Source: Antedon mediterranea (lineage: Eukaryota > Animalia > Echinodermata). From it: 64,000 nt of DNA. The notes under the pieces are model-generated. The model was not told the origin of the DNA, searched no databases, and worked only from the letters and a program-made list of their open reading frames with translations. This document shows, one piece after another, positions 1-13,471 of the stretch (position 1 is its first letter; the number at the start of each line of letters is the position of its first letter). The translations under genes were made by a program, and so were the position numbers. The DNA lies in NCBI RefSeq assembly GCF_964355755.1, contig NC_092670.1, forward strand, positions 26,646,795-26,710,794. The letters run 5' to 3'.

Positions 1-379
1 AAATCAAGTAGAATGTTAAACGTTCCTGTAAATGATCTCGAATTTAAGTTTGATCATTCTGTTTTAACGCTGGTCAAGCGTATTATGTCCATCCCCTGTT
101 TGCAGAATACAACCTACTGCGTTCTGGCTGTCAATTGCATAGTATCCTATCAAGAACTGGTATCACAATTTGTTTGTTCCCAGCTCAACATATAATAAGA
201 TGTGCAATAGATAGACTTTTTTTAAATTAGATTAAAACGCAATTCTCACAATTTTTACATCTTAGTATCGATTTTAATAAACTTATTCCATTTTATATTA
301 TATTTTGTACTTGTTCCATACGTGTGTTTAGTAGTATGTAAAACATCAATTTATTTTTTTTTTATGAATATTGGACAAT

Positions 380-900
380 AAAAGTAAAAAAAAAATATGT
401 TTGACCAGCTTTTAATATATGAACATTTTAAAGAAGAAGGTTAATGTTAAGTTTGTTGTTTTGGTCCAAGAAAATATCATAGTTTGTTTGATTGTTGAAA
501 TTAAATTGTTCTTATTTAATATGCAATTAATGATGATGTAATTTTTCTCTTAATTTCATAATAAATCATACATATGATACATACACTTTAAGAAAATGAC
601 ATTTGAAATAGGTGTTCCCCAGCATTCTATTGATCTATATTAATTTTAAAATGTAGCATATTTTCATCATTTTTTTGTTAACTTACATATGCGTAGCCTG
701 TCACTGATGTCCTCGTTTTACATGGTTGAAAAGTGAATAACATATGAGATTACTAAAGAAAGGTTGTAAAACAGAAATCTGGAAAAAATAGTGTGTTTTA
801 ACGTTAATGCGCAGTTTGTGCGTGCAAAAATCTGCGCACTCATGGCAATTTCTTTAAATGCTTAAAATTGCCTGAAACAATTTCATCAAAATAATTTTTT
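380..900 (-). mobile_element. Partial copy of the HINE family seen at 7955-9443
   Basis: Colinear similarity to about 8510-9050 (aatatatgaac...gaaggttaatgttaagtttg...gcgtgcaaaaatctgcgcactcatggcaat). Confidence 0.75.
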
Positions 901-1024
901 TAAATGTAAAGGTCAAGGAATCAAAATACAGCATTGTAAAGTTCATCTAATGGCCACCATTTTGAAAAAACAAAATGGCTGCCATAAAATTTACGGATTT
1001 TTCCTCATACCTCAGCTTCTAAAC

Positions 1025-2590
1025 ACGCTTCGCTCGCGTACCATCTAGTTCGTGCCCACAGATGGTTCTCGAATACATACCGTAGTAATTTCAGCATAAA
1101 AAACTGGCGATTTCAAATGTACAGGCAGGACTATAAAACATTGTCGTTTACAGAAAAAAATAGACACAATGATTTATGCAGTCAACCCAAATTAGCACCT
1201 AGAAACTTGTCACAAAAGGAGTCCAAATTTTTTATTTGGACTCCCAATTTGTGTTTTGTATCTAACATTAGAGTTGAGGGTTGGGGATGAGGATAGGTAC
1301 AAAGAGGAACAATGTTTTAATATATTCTTCTATTAAATTATTCTTTATATTTCTTTATTATCCACTCGGTAACGAAATATTTTTTTATAGGCCTATAAAT
1401 AATATACCACTAAAAAGAGTAAACCATTTCCGATTTAATACTTAGTTTAAACTGTCACTGTCTCATAGTCGATTGAAATAGTAAAGTACATTTAAAGACC
1501 ACTAATACGTTTATATTTTTGTAATTATTAATTAATACAAACGTTGAGAAGCAACTGTCAGTAATAAAGTATTATATTATTATGTGTTTATAATCTAAAA
1601 GTAGGGGCTACCCACCCTCACAGTAATAAAGTTTATTAGTATATTTGTTTATATTATATCTAACAGTACCAACACACTTTTGATTCAAATGGCGATCAAA
1701 AGTGGTTAATACCTATTTGCAGTATTGTATAGCATTACAATACTATTTATGTTTATTCTCCAAGGGTCTATAAATTTACCTACTTGTGTTAAACCATGGA
1801 GGTATGCAAGTCTGGTTAAACCAAATAATTTGGAATGTTCCATTCATTGCAAATCAATACATTTGTATAAACGTATATTAAATCTATCAAAATAGTATTT
1901 TTTTAAGAAAATCGGCCTGTCTTCAACATTATGATACTGTACTCTGTAACAACTTTGGTGGGTAGGGTAGGAACCAACTTAAGTATGAATTGGCTCTAAG
2001 AAACAATTGAAAACCATTAGGCCTACCAATAAAGTTGAGTTAGATAATTTAATTTTTATTTGACGATTAAATCGATTTTATGATTTTCCCCGAATAGAGG
2101 TGGTTTTCACAAATTGTTTTACATTATATAAACATACACGTCGCAGTGATGTATCGTTACATGTACTGTACTATTTCAATCGACTAGGACGGTGATAGTT
2201 TCAACAAAGTATTACATAGCAATGTTTTACTGTGTTTAGTGATATATTATTTGTAAAACATGAAAACAATTAATATTTCGTTACTAAATGGATAAAGAAT
2301 ATATTTAATATATTTAAAAATTGTTCCTCTCTGCACCCATCCTCTTCCCCATCCCTCACCCCTAATGTTACATACAAAACACAAATTAAGTTTGTTTAAA
2401 TTTGACTTAAACAATTGGTCTCATTTTGTGACAAATTTCTCTTTCGGAAGTAATTCCCAGGGTGCTAATTTTAGTTGAGTACATAAATCAGTGTCTATTT
2501 ATTCGTTCCTGTAAACGACATGTATTATTGTACGTACATTTGAAATCACCAGTTTTTTAACGCTGAAATTATTATGTATTCGAGAACCAT
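1025..2590. mobile_element. Two truncated non-autonomous Helitron copies in inverted arrangement
   Basis: 1025-1945 matches 58503-60000; 1965-2590 matches 31345-31965; the 3' hairpin remnant cgcttcgctcgcgtaccatctag is at 1025-1048. Confidence 0.75.
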
Positions 2591-2859
2591 CAGTTTTCAG
2601 ACATGACGACAATATAGAAAACCCTCATTTATCTTGAAATTATCTTTCAGCTCAAGCATTTCCAGTATAGATATAGCTTTCCACTTTTGGCATATTGACC
2701 ATGACCAGCTGCTGCAAGTATGAAAGCATACTGTAGATGCTATGTCTAAAGGTGGAAGTCCCAATTGTGCAATCGTGCCTAACAAGTTAACCCATCATTC
2801 TGTAACCATCAAAATATCACTCAGTTCATTATTAATAGGAGCTAAGAAATTAGCAAAAA

Positions 2860-3320
2860 CCTGTACTTTATGGCAGCTATTTTGAAAAACAAAATGGTGG
2901 CCATAAAGTGAACTTTAAAAAAATGCTGTAATTGAATTCCTAGACCCACAGACTAAAATCACATCCATACACGATGTGGAAGCTGAGATATGAGCAAAAA
3001 TCTGTATTTGTATGGTGGCAATTTTTAAAAACAAAATGGCGGCCAGTACGTGATTTTTTTAAATACTGTTTTGGGATTTTTTGACCCTCACAACCTACAC
3101 TTTGCCACTAAAATCACGAAGTTGTATTTTATGGTGGCTATTTGAAAAACAAAATGGTGGCCATTCAGTAAACTTTAAAATGCTGTATTTGGATTCCTTG
3201 ACCCTCAAAACATATACTTTGCCACCAAAATCATATCCTTACATGATGTAGCTAAGCTGATATATGAGCAAAAATCTGTATTTTATGGTGGCAATTTTGA
3301 AAATCCAAAATAGTGACTTT
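2860..3320. repeat. Degenerate tandem array of roughly 110-140-bp units (transposon subterminal-type)
   Basis: 3-4 units of tatggtggc.attttgaaaaacaaaatgg(t/c)ggcc...ttgaccc; an inverted copy lies at about 905-1020. Confidence 0.55.
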
Positions 3321-3610
3321 CCCCAGGCCAGATGAGCTGGAACTTTTTTTGGTGGATATATTTAAATACAAATAAGTTGAGAAACACTTTCTAATTTTTT
3401 CCTAGATTGGCCCTTTTTAGATTTCTAATAGGGATACTATATATAAATTTGACAACATTACACATTATTCAAACAAACTGTCAAGTTATTCAGCAAACAA
3501 ACTTTATAGGAATTTGTATTGATAAAATGTAAACATTTATAGGAAATGTTCACGGTAATTAATTCAGAAAGCCATTAATTTTTCTAAATTGGGCTAATTA
3601 TTATATAATT

Positions 3611-3935
3611 GATTGAATTGAATTGAAATATATATTTATACTGGGTAACCTCTTCAGTCAAAGACTGGTCTCCCACAGGGCCCAGTCATGATCAGTGGCT
3701 GTTATGTACTAATACACCGGGGTAACCCCCTACTCCTCTCGAAAAATGTACTAGGTTCTTTAAAGTGCACACGAGCTAGATGTGTACACTGAACCTACGG
3801 TTTATAGTCCTTATCCGAGAAGACTCGTTCTACCACCAGAACCATGGAGTGAGTGAGCCTCGAACCCATGCCGATGTTATGGCTACGTAATTACGGTTCC
3901 ACTGTCTTAACCGCTCGGCCACTCACTCACTGAAG
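3611..3935 (-). mobile_element. Full-length tRNA-derived SINE with Deu/Nin-like core
   Basis: Minus strand: A box TGGCCGAGCGG, B box GGTTCGAGGC, core GGATAAGGACTATAAACCGTAGG...GCACTTTAAAGAACC, (TTCAA)n tail; flanking direct repeat tatataatt. Confidence 0.85.
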
Positions 3936-4186
3936 TATATAATTAAGTATATAAAGCAATGTTCTGCAAACTATGGGGCACAATATATTTGTTATGGGTG
4001 TGGCTTAAGAAATAGAACAAAAACACCTTTATTTTAGCTATACACAACTTACAATAAACAGTACAGTGTCTAGATGATGAATAGTGTTGTGGTTCAGTGC
4101 AATTCTTATCCTCCCAACAATTACATACAATGCAATTTCCAGGGTCATAATAAAATTATTTCACTAAATTCTTTTGTTATACATAG

Positions 4187-4355
4187 GTTAAGAAGAACAG
4201 CAGTGGAAACTTTTTGGCTCTTAAGGAAATCAATCCTACAGTAGGCAAGAAAGCTAAAGAAAAGGCCATTGAGAGTATAGTGAGTGAGCTAAGTATAATC
4301 AAAGAACAGTTGAAACATCCAAATGTTGTCAAGTATTACAGAACTTTTAAAGAAA
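4187..4355 (+). CDS. NEK10: NEK10 coding exon (first in window; kinase subdomains II-IV)
   Basis: tag|GTT...GAAA|gtaag; VKKNSSGNFLALKEINP...IVSELSIIKEQLKHPNVVKYYRTFKE resembles the NEK10 kinase N-lobe; upstream exons lie outside the window. Confidence 0.93.
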
Positions 4356-4758
4356 GTAAGTTTTTAATTGATATATTCGCTTTGTAAACTTTGAAAATGG
4401 ATATGAACGCTTTTTAAAATTTCAAAAAATGAATCCTTTTTATATTAACAAAAAACACACAAACATCTAGATTTGAATACCTAGTAGAACTTGAAAAATA
4501 AACAAATTAAATTTCAGTATAAAACCTTCATAAAATTTAAACAGGACATAAATTACTTTTGAGGCAGAAGTGATTAAAGTGATAAATTTTAATTCCATCA
4601 ACACCAGCCAGCTCCATCATATTCAAGTGATGAATTCTTTAATAAATGTCCATTGTACATAAAAATGAAGTACAGTATTTGTTTATTTTTCTATATATTA
4701 CACCAAAACCCACTATTTAGATATTTATAAATGATACACTACTAGATTCTTCAATATT

Positions 4759-6286
4759 TGTAACTAACATCAGTACACATGTCTGGTAGTACCATAGTTT
4801 GACTGTAACTAACATCAGTACACATGTCTGGTAGTACCATAGTTTGACTGTAACTAACATCAGTACACATGTCTGGTAGTACCATAGTTTGACTGTAACT
4901 ATAGCATGTACACATGTGTGGTAGTACCATAGTCTGACTGTAACTAACATCAGTACACATGTCTGGTAGTACCATAGTTTGACTGTAACTATAGCATGTA
5001 CACATGTGTGGTAGTACCATAGTCTGACTGTAACTATAGCATGTACACATGTGTGGTAGTACCATAGTTTGACTGTAACTATAGCATGTACACATGTGTG
5101 GTAGTACCATAATTTGACTGTAACTATAGCATGTACACATGTGTGGTAGTACCATAGTCTGACTGTAACTATAGCATGTACACATGTGTGGTAGTACCAT
5201 AGTTTGACTGTAACTATAGCATGTACACATGTGTGGTAGTACCATAGTTTGACTGTAACTATAGCATGTACACATGTGTGGTAGTACCATAGTCTGACTG
5301 TAACTATAGCATGTACACATGTCTGGTAGTACCATAGTCTGACTGTAACTATAGCATGTACACATGTGTGGTAGTACCATAGTCTGACTGTAACTATAGC
5401 ATGTACACATGTCTGGTAGTACCATAGTCTGACTGTAACTATAGCATGTACACATGTGTGGTAGCACCATAGTCTGACTGTAACTATAGCATGTACACAT
5501 GTCTGGTAGTACCATAGTCTGACTGTAACTATAGCATGTGTGGTAGTACCATAGTCTGACTGTAACTATAGCATGTACACATGTGTGGTAGTACCATAGT
5601 CTGACTGTAACTATAGCATGTACACATGTCTGGTAGTACCATAGTCTGACTGTAACTATAGCATGTGGGGTAGTACCATAGTCTGACTGTAACTATAGCA
5701 TGTACACATGTGTGGTAGTACCATAGTCTGACTGTAACTATAGCATGTACACATGTCTGGTAGTACCATAGTCTGACTGTAACTATAGCATGTGTGGTAG
5801 TACCATAGTCTGACTGTAACTATAGCATGTACACATGTGTGGTAGTACCATAGTCTGACTGTAACTATAGCATGTACACATGTCTGGTAGTACCATAGTC
5901 TGACTGTAACTATAGCATGTGTGGTAGTACCATAGTCTGACTGTAACTATAGCATGTACACATGTGTGGTAGTACCATAGTCTTACTGTAACTATAGCAT
6001 GTACACATGTCTGGTAGTACCATAGTCTGACTGTAACTATAGCATGTGTGGTAGTACCATAGTCTGACTGTAACTATAGCATGTACACATGTGTGGTAGT
6101 ACCATAGTCTGACTGTAACTAACATCAGTACACATGTGTGGTAGTACCATAGTCTGACTGTAACTATAGCATGTCTGGTAGTACCATAGTCTGACTGTAA
6201 CTATAGCATTTCTGGTAGTACCATAGTCTGACTGTAACTATAGCATGTCTGGTAGTACCATAGTTTGACTCTAACTATAGCATGTC
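4759..6286. repeat. 45-bp minisatellite (about 35 units, with 37-bp deletion variants)
   Basis: Unit gactgtaactatagcatgtacacatgtgtggtagtaccatagtct. Confidence 0.97.
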
Positions 6287-7690
6287 GGGGCTAAAACATT
6301 CTATTCTATTATGCACATTTCTTTCTAAATATTTAGTTTGCATTTTATACTGTATCGATGATCAGGCAGGATCCATGTAGCATCTATAGAAAGTACAATG
6401 GACATCCGTCTATTCAACTGAAAAAATGAAAATGTATAAGTACAGTAATTAAGGACAAGAACCAAATGTATACGTTCTATACGTTATATCACATTCATGT
6501 TTATCTGCCTTTGAAACAAATAATAATTGAGTATAGTGTATTATATAGGCTTGGTCAACAGATACTTTAATAAAAAAAAATTTGGTTAAAAAAAATTTAA
6601 TGACAATGCTCAGTATTTGTTACCTTAATAATTTTACGCTTTCCATTCCAATCAATAAATGCATTTGCTTATCCCATCCATCAATTATCATAGTAGCACT
6701 GTTTAAACCTGTATAGGTAGGTAAAAATACATATAAATTGTTTATTTATACTGCATTTATAATGGCATAAAATCAATACATTTTTTATAAGCCAGGGAGG
6801 TAAAAAATACCTTGATACAAACTTGAATACCAAACTAACTGATTACATACTGTAAGTACTAATTATTGTGGGAATAAGATCCTTAGACCTAATATTATGA
6901 GATGGTGTTGCCTAACTAAGCCCACACTATGCATGGAACAACAAAATAATATTTTAATAATGTCTAGAAAGACACTAAAGCACACAAATAAATAATTTAT
7001 TTTTTATTTTATTTTATTTTATAACTTATCAACCTCAACAAAATACATCGAAGAGCATGCATATGCTCTCGCCTCTGGGCGGCTACATACACATCACATC
7101 CAGCTGTAGTCACTACTACTAAAAAGGCCTAGCCAGCCCATGTCATTTTCAAACACCATTAATTCTTCCAACCGTCCAATCAAAACTATCAATTTCGCTT
7201 GCCATTTCAACTAAATAGTTAATTACAACAAAATAAAATTATTGTTACGATAGCGAAGTTAAAATCGCTTGCGAGAGGCTGATATGTCATGAGGGGGTGA
7301 GCTCGACACGACTCGTGTGATTCTCATGCATGCGCAAAATAATACCGTCTACACAGACATAATAGGCAAGTGGCTATGAATTTCATGAAAGATGGCCTTG
7401 AAAAACGAAAATAAAATCTGATTAAAAAAAATGATAATGGTAATATGAATTACCAAAGGCCAAAGGTAATTAATTACCACCATAGTTTGTCAAGCCTAAG
7501 TTTACTATCAAGCTAGTATTGAGAAAACAATTCAACATTTTTTCATATTGAGTGTTTACTATTTTCTGAGCAACAAGTTTTACAAGTTGTATATGTATTG
7601 TGTTAATTTAGTAGTATAATATGTTTTTCCCAACATAATGTATGTAATCTAACATTGATATGCACATTTATATGTTTCCTTTTTTTATAG

Positions 7691-7812
7691 ATGATAAATT
7701 GTATGTTGTGATGGAACTGATTGAGGGTGCACCTCTGTATGAGCATTTCAGCTCTTTAAAAGAAAAGAACAATAGCTTTTCAGAAGAAAGAATATGGAAT
7801 ATTTTTATTCAA
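7691..7812 (+). CDS. NEK10: NEK10 coding exon
   Basis: tag|AT...CAA|gtatg; (N)DKLYVVMELIEGAPLYEHFSSLKEKNNSFSEERIWNIFIQ; phase fits previous exon. Confidence 0.95.
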
Positions 7813-7954
7813 GTATGTATATGTGTAAAAAAATATACATACTAAATCAGCCGCGACAAAGAATGTAAATCATGGACATTTTCGCGATCCTAAACACGAT
7901 GGAAATACCAGAACCTATATGGTTATATAGGTTATGGTAAACAAAGTAAAACTG

Positions 7955-9443
7955 AACTAGATTTAATTCGTCACTATGACGAATTATAGGTTATATGCAT
8001 TGATTTAAATAAAGATAATTGATTTTTAAAATATATATTGATTGATTGATTTTCTCAGAATCTTTAATTATTTATAATATATGATAGGACCTTGCTAACG
8101 CGAACACCATAGCCGGTATCACAATCCGATCAAAGATCCATATGCGTATAATGTCATAAACCACATTTGTTGTTACATAATAATAAAGACATAAGTTAAT
8201 TTTTATCTAGATTTCATTATAAATCATGTGTATAATCTATACACTAAGAAATAAATTTGAACAAACAATACGGATAATAAAAAAAAATCTTATTTCGTTT
8301 CCCAAGGTGAGACTCGATCTCGGTACCTTGAATGCCATAGACACGAGCACAGACCATCGAGCCATACACAACTGACTAAAAGTTGTAGAAGAATTCCTCA
8401 GTGTATTTACTATGCAGTAACCACTTTGATGCAAATAGATTATTACATACCGCAATGAATTATAATTTTTTCCTATGATGACATCTTTAAAATGTAAACA
8501 AATGATGCACTGTCAAACTATATACTTTTAACTTTAATATATGAACTTTTGAAGGAAGAAAGTTAATGTTAAGTTTGTTATTTTGGCCTAAGAAAATGTT
8601 ATAATTTGTTTGATTGTCGAAATTATTTTTTTTAAATTTAATATGCAATTAATGATGACTTAATCAACTTTTGTTCTCTTAATTTGATAATAAATCATAC
8701 ATATGATACATACACTTCAAGAAAATGAAATAAAAAATAGGTGTTCCCCTGCATTCTGACGATATATATTAATTTTAAAATTTAGCATATTTTCACCATT
8801 TTGTTAACTTATACGTGCGTAGCCAGTCACTTTTGACGTGCTCGTATAACGCAATTTCGAGTTGAAACGTGAATCAAATATGATGATATTATTAAAGAAA
8901 GATTGTAAAACAGAAATCAGGCAAAAAGAGTGCGCATTAACGTTTAACGCGCAGTGCGCGTGCAAAAATCTGCGCACTCATGGCAATTTTTTAAACGCTT
9001 AAAATTGCCTGAAACGTACTCTAATTTCATCGAAAATAAATTTTGACAATTTTGAACATTTTAAGCGCGCGTACAGTACGCAAGCGTTATATGCGCTACG
9101 CACGTAATTTTATTGCCATATGATGAAATATGACCTGAAATTTATGAGTACCAAATTTTGTTTAATTGTGATTCATGCTTGTGAAGATATGATTACAAAC
9201 GTGATTTCGTAAAATCGCGCGTAGACCGCGTAATTTTTGATTACGCATCGTGAAAATATAACCACATCGATTCCTGGCCATGAGGAATATACTCTGAAAA
9301 CTTGACTTAGCTAGATTAAACTGATGCCAATATAATGCACGGACAAAATAGTGCTAAGGAAAGAATAAATAAATAAATAAAGAAATAAATAAAGATTTTG
9401 ACAGAATCAAGAGGTTATATGCATATCATGCATATAACCTAAT
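7955..9443 (-). mobile_element. Helentron-associated non-autonomous element (HINE/DINE-1-like)
   Basis: 5' palindrome aggttatatgcat-atc-atgcatataacct (9412-9440), (AAAT)n microsatellite, 3' subTIR plus hairpin aattcgtcactatgacgaatt and terminal ctag; internal tRNA-like segment at about 8300-8370. Confidence 0.8.
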
Positions 9444-10212
9444 TAGATAATTGACTATTTGGGGTAGGAAGTATGAAAATATTACCACCTCAGGAAGTAT
9501 AAAAATACATTAGAAATGTTATCAGTTTTATTTATTTTTTTCCAAATTGACGAATTACCTGTCTGGCAATGTCCATTAAGCGCCTTATTATTATGATCAA
9601 ATCAAATTGTTTTGTAGAAAAGATTTCTGCTCCTCTTATAGCACTATGCTCAACTACTGTGCAGTTCCAACTGCTGTATCTATGTTTCTTCGGTACATAT
9701 TTATCTACATTGTATACTTGTTTGATAAATCCTTCACATATTTAAAACACCAGTGAAGTTGTTAAATTGATTTTTAAATCAGAAATCTTACAATAAATGA
9801 CGCAAACCTACAAATTATATTTTTCAATAGTACAGTACATCTTGTATGTAATATATCTCGTACACATTTGAGGTGGTAAAAACGAACATTTTGAAAATAG
9901 TAGTAGTAATCCATATTATTACAGTAGAGTATAAACACAGTGTGATGATACTAGTGTAATAATAATAATAAATTTGGATTTAAGGCGTATAGTCTTTATG
10001 CATTTCACAATAAAAAAACAAGTTTCCAATAATAATTTCAGAGAATTTATTTCACATACCTATTAAAGTCTACACTATTTTGAGTGTTAACAGTTCATCT
10101 CTCAGAGCATTCATTAGAGAAACAACGGTACATTAGTGTCAAGAATATTTATTTTATATTTCAATATTGTTTTTTAAATAACAATTATTAATATGAATAT
10201 TTCTTTGCTCAG

Positions 10213-10315
10213 ATGGTTCTTGCTTTGAGGTACTTGCACCGAGAAAAAAAGATAGTGCACAGAGACTTAACACCAAATAACATCATGTTGGATGAGAATG
10301 ATAAAGTTGTTATTA
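10213..10315 (+). CDS. NEK10: NEK10 coding exon (catalytic loop)
   Basis: cag|ATG...ATTA|gtaag; MVLALRYLHREKKIVHRDLTPNNIMLDENDKVVI. Confidence 0.96.
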
Positions 10316-10441
10316 GTAAGTATGCTGTTCTCTTTTTTCTTGTAAACATTTAATAATGCACTGAAAATAATCCTGAAGAACACACAAGTCAATTGTATAT
10401 TCTTGTAAATGAGAATATATATATTTTTTTTCATTCTCAAG

Positions 10442-10520
10442 CTGATTTTGGACTTGCTAAACAAAATCATCCAGATTCGAGTAAAATGACATCCATTGTT
10501 GGCACAATATTGTATAACTG
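10442..10520 (+). CDS. NEK10: NEK10 coding exon (DFG/activation loop)
   Basis: aag|CT...TG|gtaag; (T)DFGLAKQNHPDSSKMTSIVGTILYN(C). Confidence 0.95.
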
Positions 10521-10588
10521 GTAAGATAAATTATTTTATATACATTCAAGTATTGTAAGTAAACTGTTTTATCATTTTAATTCAATAT

Positions 10589-12100
10589 ACAGTTGAACCT
10601 CCATGAATGGCCACCGCCCTCGTAAGCGGCCATCTCCCGGTCGCACTTTTAAAAGCCTGTTTGTCCTTCCTATCTAATTAGTGCATTTGGTACCTCCCTT
10701 AGAGGGGGATTCTGGGTTTAAAATTGCTTTTAAATATCGTTTATTTATTAAATAAAAAATATTGTAACAATATAGACATGTCAGAATGAAGAAGTAATAA
10801 CGAGAGATTAAAAAAAATTTATTTTAGGGTAAATTCATGGAAAGTCTGTTTTTCAGCAGCTTAGGGAAGCTCATTAATATTCATGAGATATTCACAAAAT
10901 CACGTCATCAGTGGATTCCAAACTCGCGACATCATGTACGTTATGTTTGTCAACTAATTTGTGAAACATTTTTTGTAGATTTTCTAAGCTAGGCCTAAAG
11001 TGGAATAATAACAGTATAGTAGCATATATTTATTTGACATTTATTGAAATACAAAATTTAGTACAGATCATGGAGTCATAAATTATACTATTTTTATACC
11101 TCTATAGTACAGATCGTATAATCGGCTTCACGTACTTGGCCTATCCTAAATCATTTTTATTATGGGAGAAGGCCATTCTGACTACAGCCGCCTTTGGAAT
11201 TGCTTTATTAGGTGTATAGCATTGTTTATTTCTAAATACAATCTGTTATTACTCTATGGTTGGGATTCCATGCCACGATGGCTACGTTAAAACATTGGGG
11301 CCCATGGGCCTAGCTAGCCTACTAGACGATTGGCCCATAAATAACAAAACTCAGTGGATTCAAAACCCATCCTATCAACCAAAGTCAAAACGTTCTACAA
11401 AATCGGCTGCAAATATTGGGGCAAAACAAGGTCCGATCGCCGTCCGCACGTATGGTGTTAAAATCGTCTAAGTAGGCCTAAAATAGTTTACTCTCCAAAA
11501 AAGCGGACATAGTTAAAGATTGAGCTAGCTAGTGTAGTATGCGAATTGATACTACCAGGCCTTTTACTATAGGCTACACTTATCACATGACGATGCAAGG
11601 CATTGGCAGCAGAGAGCACGTGTATCGTCACCTCGCTCCACAGCAGGAATGTACAATGTACATTACGCTTCATTGATTTTGTAGGCTTTTCCCTAAGTCA
11701 GTGCGAAAATTGGCAAACGTAAACTGAATCTCTAAATGATTTTACACAATTGTGATGAATTTTCATAGAAAAATGACTTTATAAATTGGAAGACCGACTA
11801 AAATTACATCAGATAAGTATAATTTTACAAAAATAATTGATTTGGTTAATGACAACGAGTCGTCGGAAGATTGACCATTTCACAAATTTCCTATTCTGTA
11901 ACCACAGTGTAAGATTTTGCCGTAGCTGCACTTGTAATCTGGCCTCTTTTCACAGCCTTCGTTCTGCTTCACTGGCCGCTTATATAAATTGAAACTTTTA
12001 CCGTTCAAGAGACAAACAAATATATTTTATATTTTTCACTATTCACCCAGAACCCCCTTTTAAGCAGCCACCTCCCGTAAATGTTAAATTACCTCCTGCA
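10589..12100. mobile_element. Tc1/mariner-like fragment interrupted by a Kolobok-like non-autonomous element (10703-12059)
   Basis: ta|cagttgaacctcc terminus; inner TIRs agggggattctggg / cccagaaccccct flanked by ttag/ttaa. Confidence 0.6.
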
Positions 12101-12481
12101 AGCCGCCAGCCGAAAAATGTTGACACTTATTGTGCTTTATTTCGAAGCGGTTTTAAAAACATTTCTGTCAAGTACATTCACAGCTATATTAGAAGGCTTC
12201 TCATTGGGTAACATTGGATAACACTCTGCTAACGCCTATGAGAACTTATTCGCGTTTGACCTGTTATTATATTCAACAATTCATAATTTGTTTGTAATTT
12301 TTCATTTTTTACAAAAACAGTGCCTTATTAGCGATGTTGAGTTTATGATTTATGTTTTAAATATTATTTCCAAACGAAAAAAGAAAATGTAGTTGCCAGA
12401 GGGGGACCAAGAAAAGTAACAATTTCGATGTTCGTCCATGGCCTAATATTTTAATAACTTGAAATTATTTTGTTCTTATAG

Positions 12482-12611
12482 TCCTGAAATTATTCAGAAT
12501 GAACCTTATGGAGAAAAGGCAGACATATGGGCACTAGGTTGTATCTTATATCAAATGTGTACATTGGAAGCACCATTTTACAGTCAGAATATGTTGGCTC
12601 TGGCAAAAACG
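12482..12611 (+). CDS. NEK10: NEK10 coding exon
   Basis: tag|T...ACG|gtac; PEIIQNEPYGEKADIWALGCILYQMCTLEAPFYSQNMLALAKT. Confidence 0.95.
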
Positions 12612-12991
12612 GTACAAACATTTTATGTTATCTTTTGATTGTGGATGTTACCCATTATAATGCACCTCAGTAGATTCCGGTAATTTGATTGGAGGATTGC
12701 AGGTCCCATGATATACTAACTAACTACTCCATTGAACACACATCTTTTTGGTATATGGTGTTGAATTTCATTATATGCATGATCATTCTTTTGACAAAAT
12801 GAGCAATCATGCATGGCCAGTTTATTTTAATATGCACATCTATCTAGTGGATCATGATATTCTTGCTCATGATATGTGGATAGTTATACATTGATGAAAA
12901 TATAATAAAGAATGGTAAAAACATGATTTTATTTAATTTTTTTGTTTGGTTATCAAATAATATTATATTTAACACCTACTGTAATTATTAG

Positions 12992-13062
12992 ATTGTTAAA
13001 GGTGAATACCAGCCACTTAGAGAAGGCACATACTCTGACAAAATTGGCAAAGTTATAGCAAT
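12992..13062 (+). CDS. NEK10: NEK10 coding exon
   Basis: tag|ATT...AT|gtaag; IVKGEYQPLREGTYSDKIGKVIA(M). Confidence 0.92.
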
Positions 13063-13471
13063 GTAAGTATTATATGTCTACAATTGTCTGCTAACTTGTT
13101 GTTTGATGTTAATGTTAATTAGTTATCTGCACATTGTGATGAAATCATCTTTTTTTTTTCATTAGTTATCCGCACTCAGCGGATAACTCCTTGCAACTGT
13201 CCTTTTCTTTGTTATTGGTTATCTGTTGTAGACCTTGTGATTGTCAGGATCTTCTTTGTTAGTTATCCACAAACTGTACAATCTTTTTTTTCTTTTATTC
13301 TTCTCCTTTCCGCCATTTTTGTGTCACTTGACTTATGCGCGATATTTTGAATTTCAATGATTGATCATAGACTGAAAATTAAAAGTTATTTTTTATTGAC
13401 ACTTGGTAAAAGTTTAATTCAAATCGAGGGCCATGAAATAAAACCATTAGCCAAAAGCCATTAATTTTTAG

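Noticed and set aside
4751-5515. 254-aa Cys/Tyr-rich repeat ORF as a real protein
   Set aside because: By-product of a 45-bp (3n) minisatellite; frame is broken by 37-bp units and there is no unique coding flank
4759-6286. CRISPR-like array
   Set aside because: Head-to-tail repeats with no unique spacers, in a eukaryotic intron; the same applies to 36955-38430
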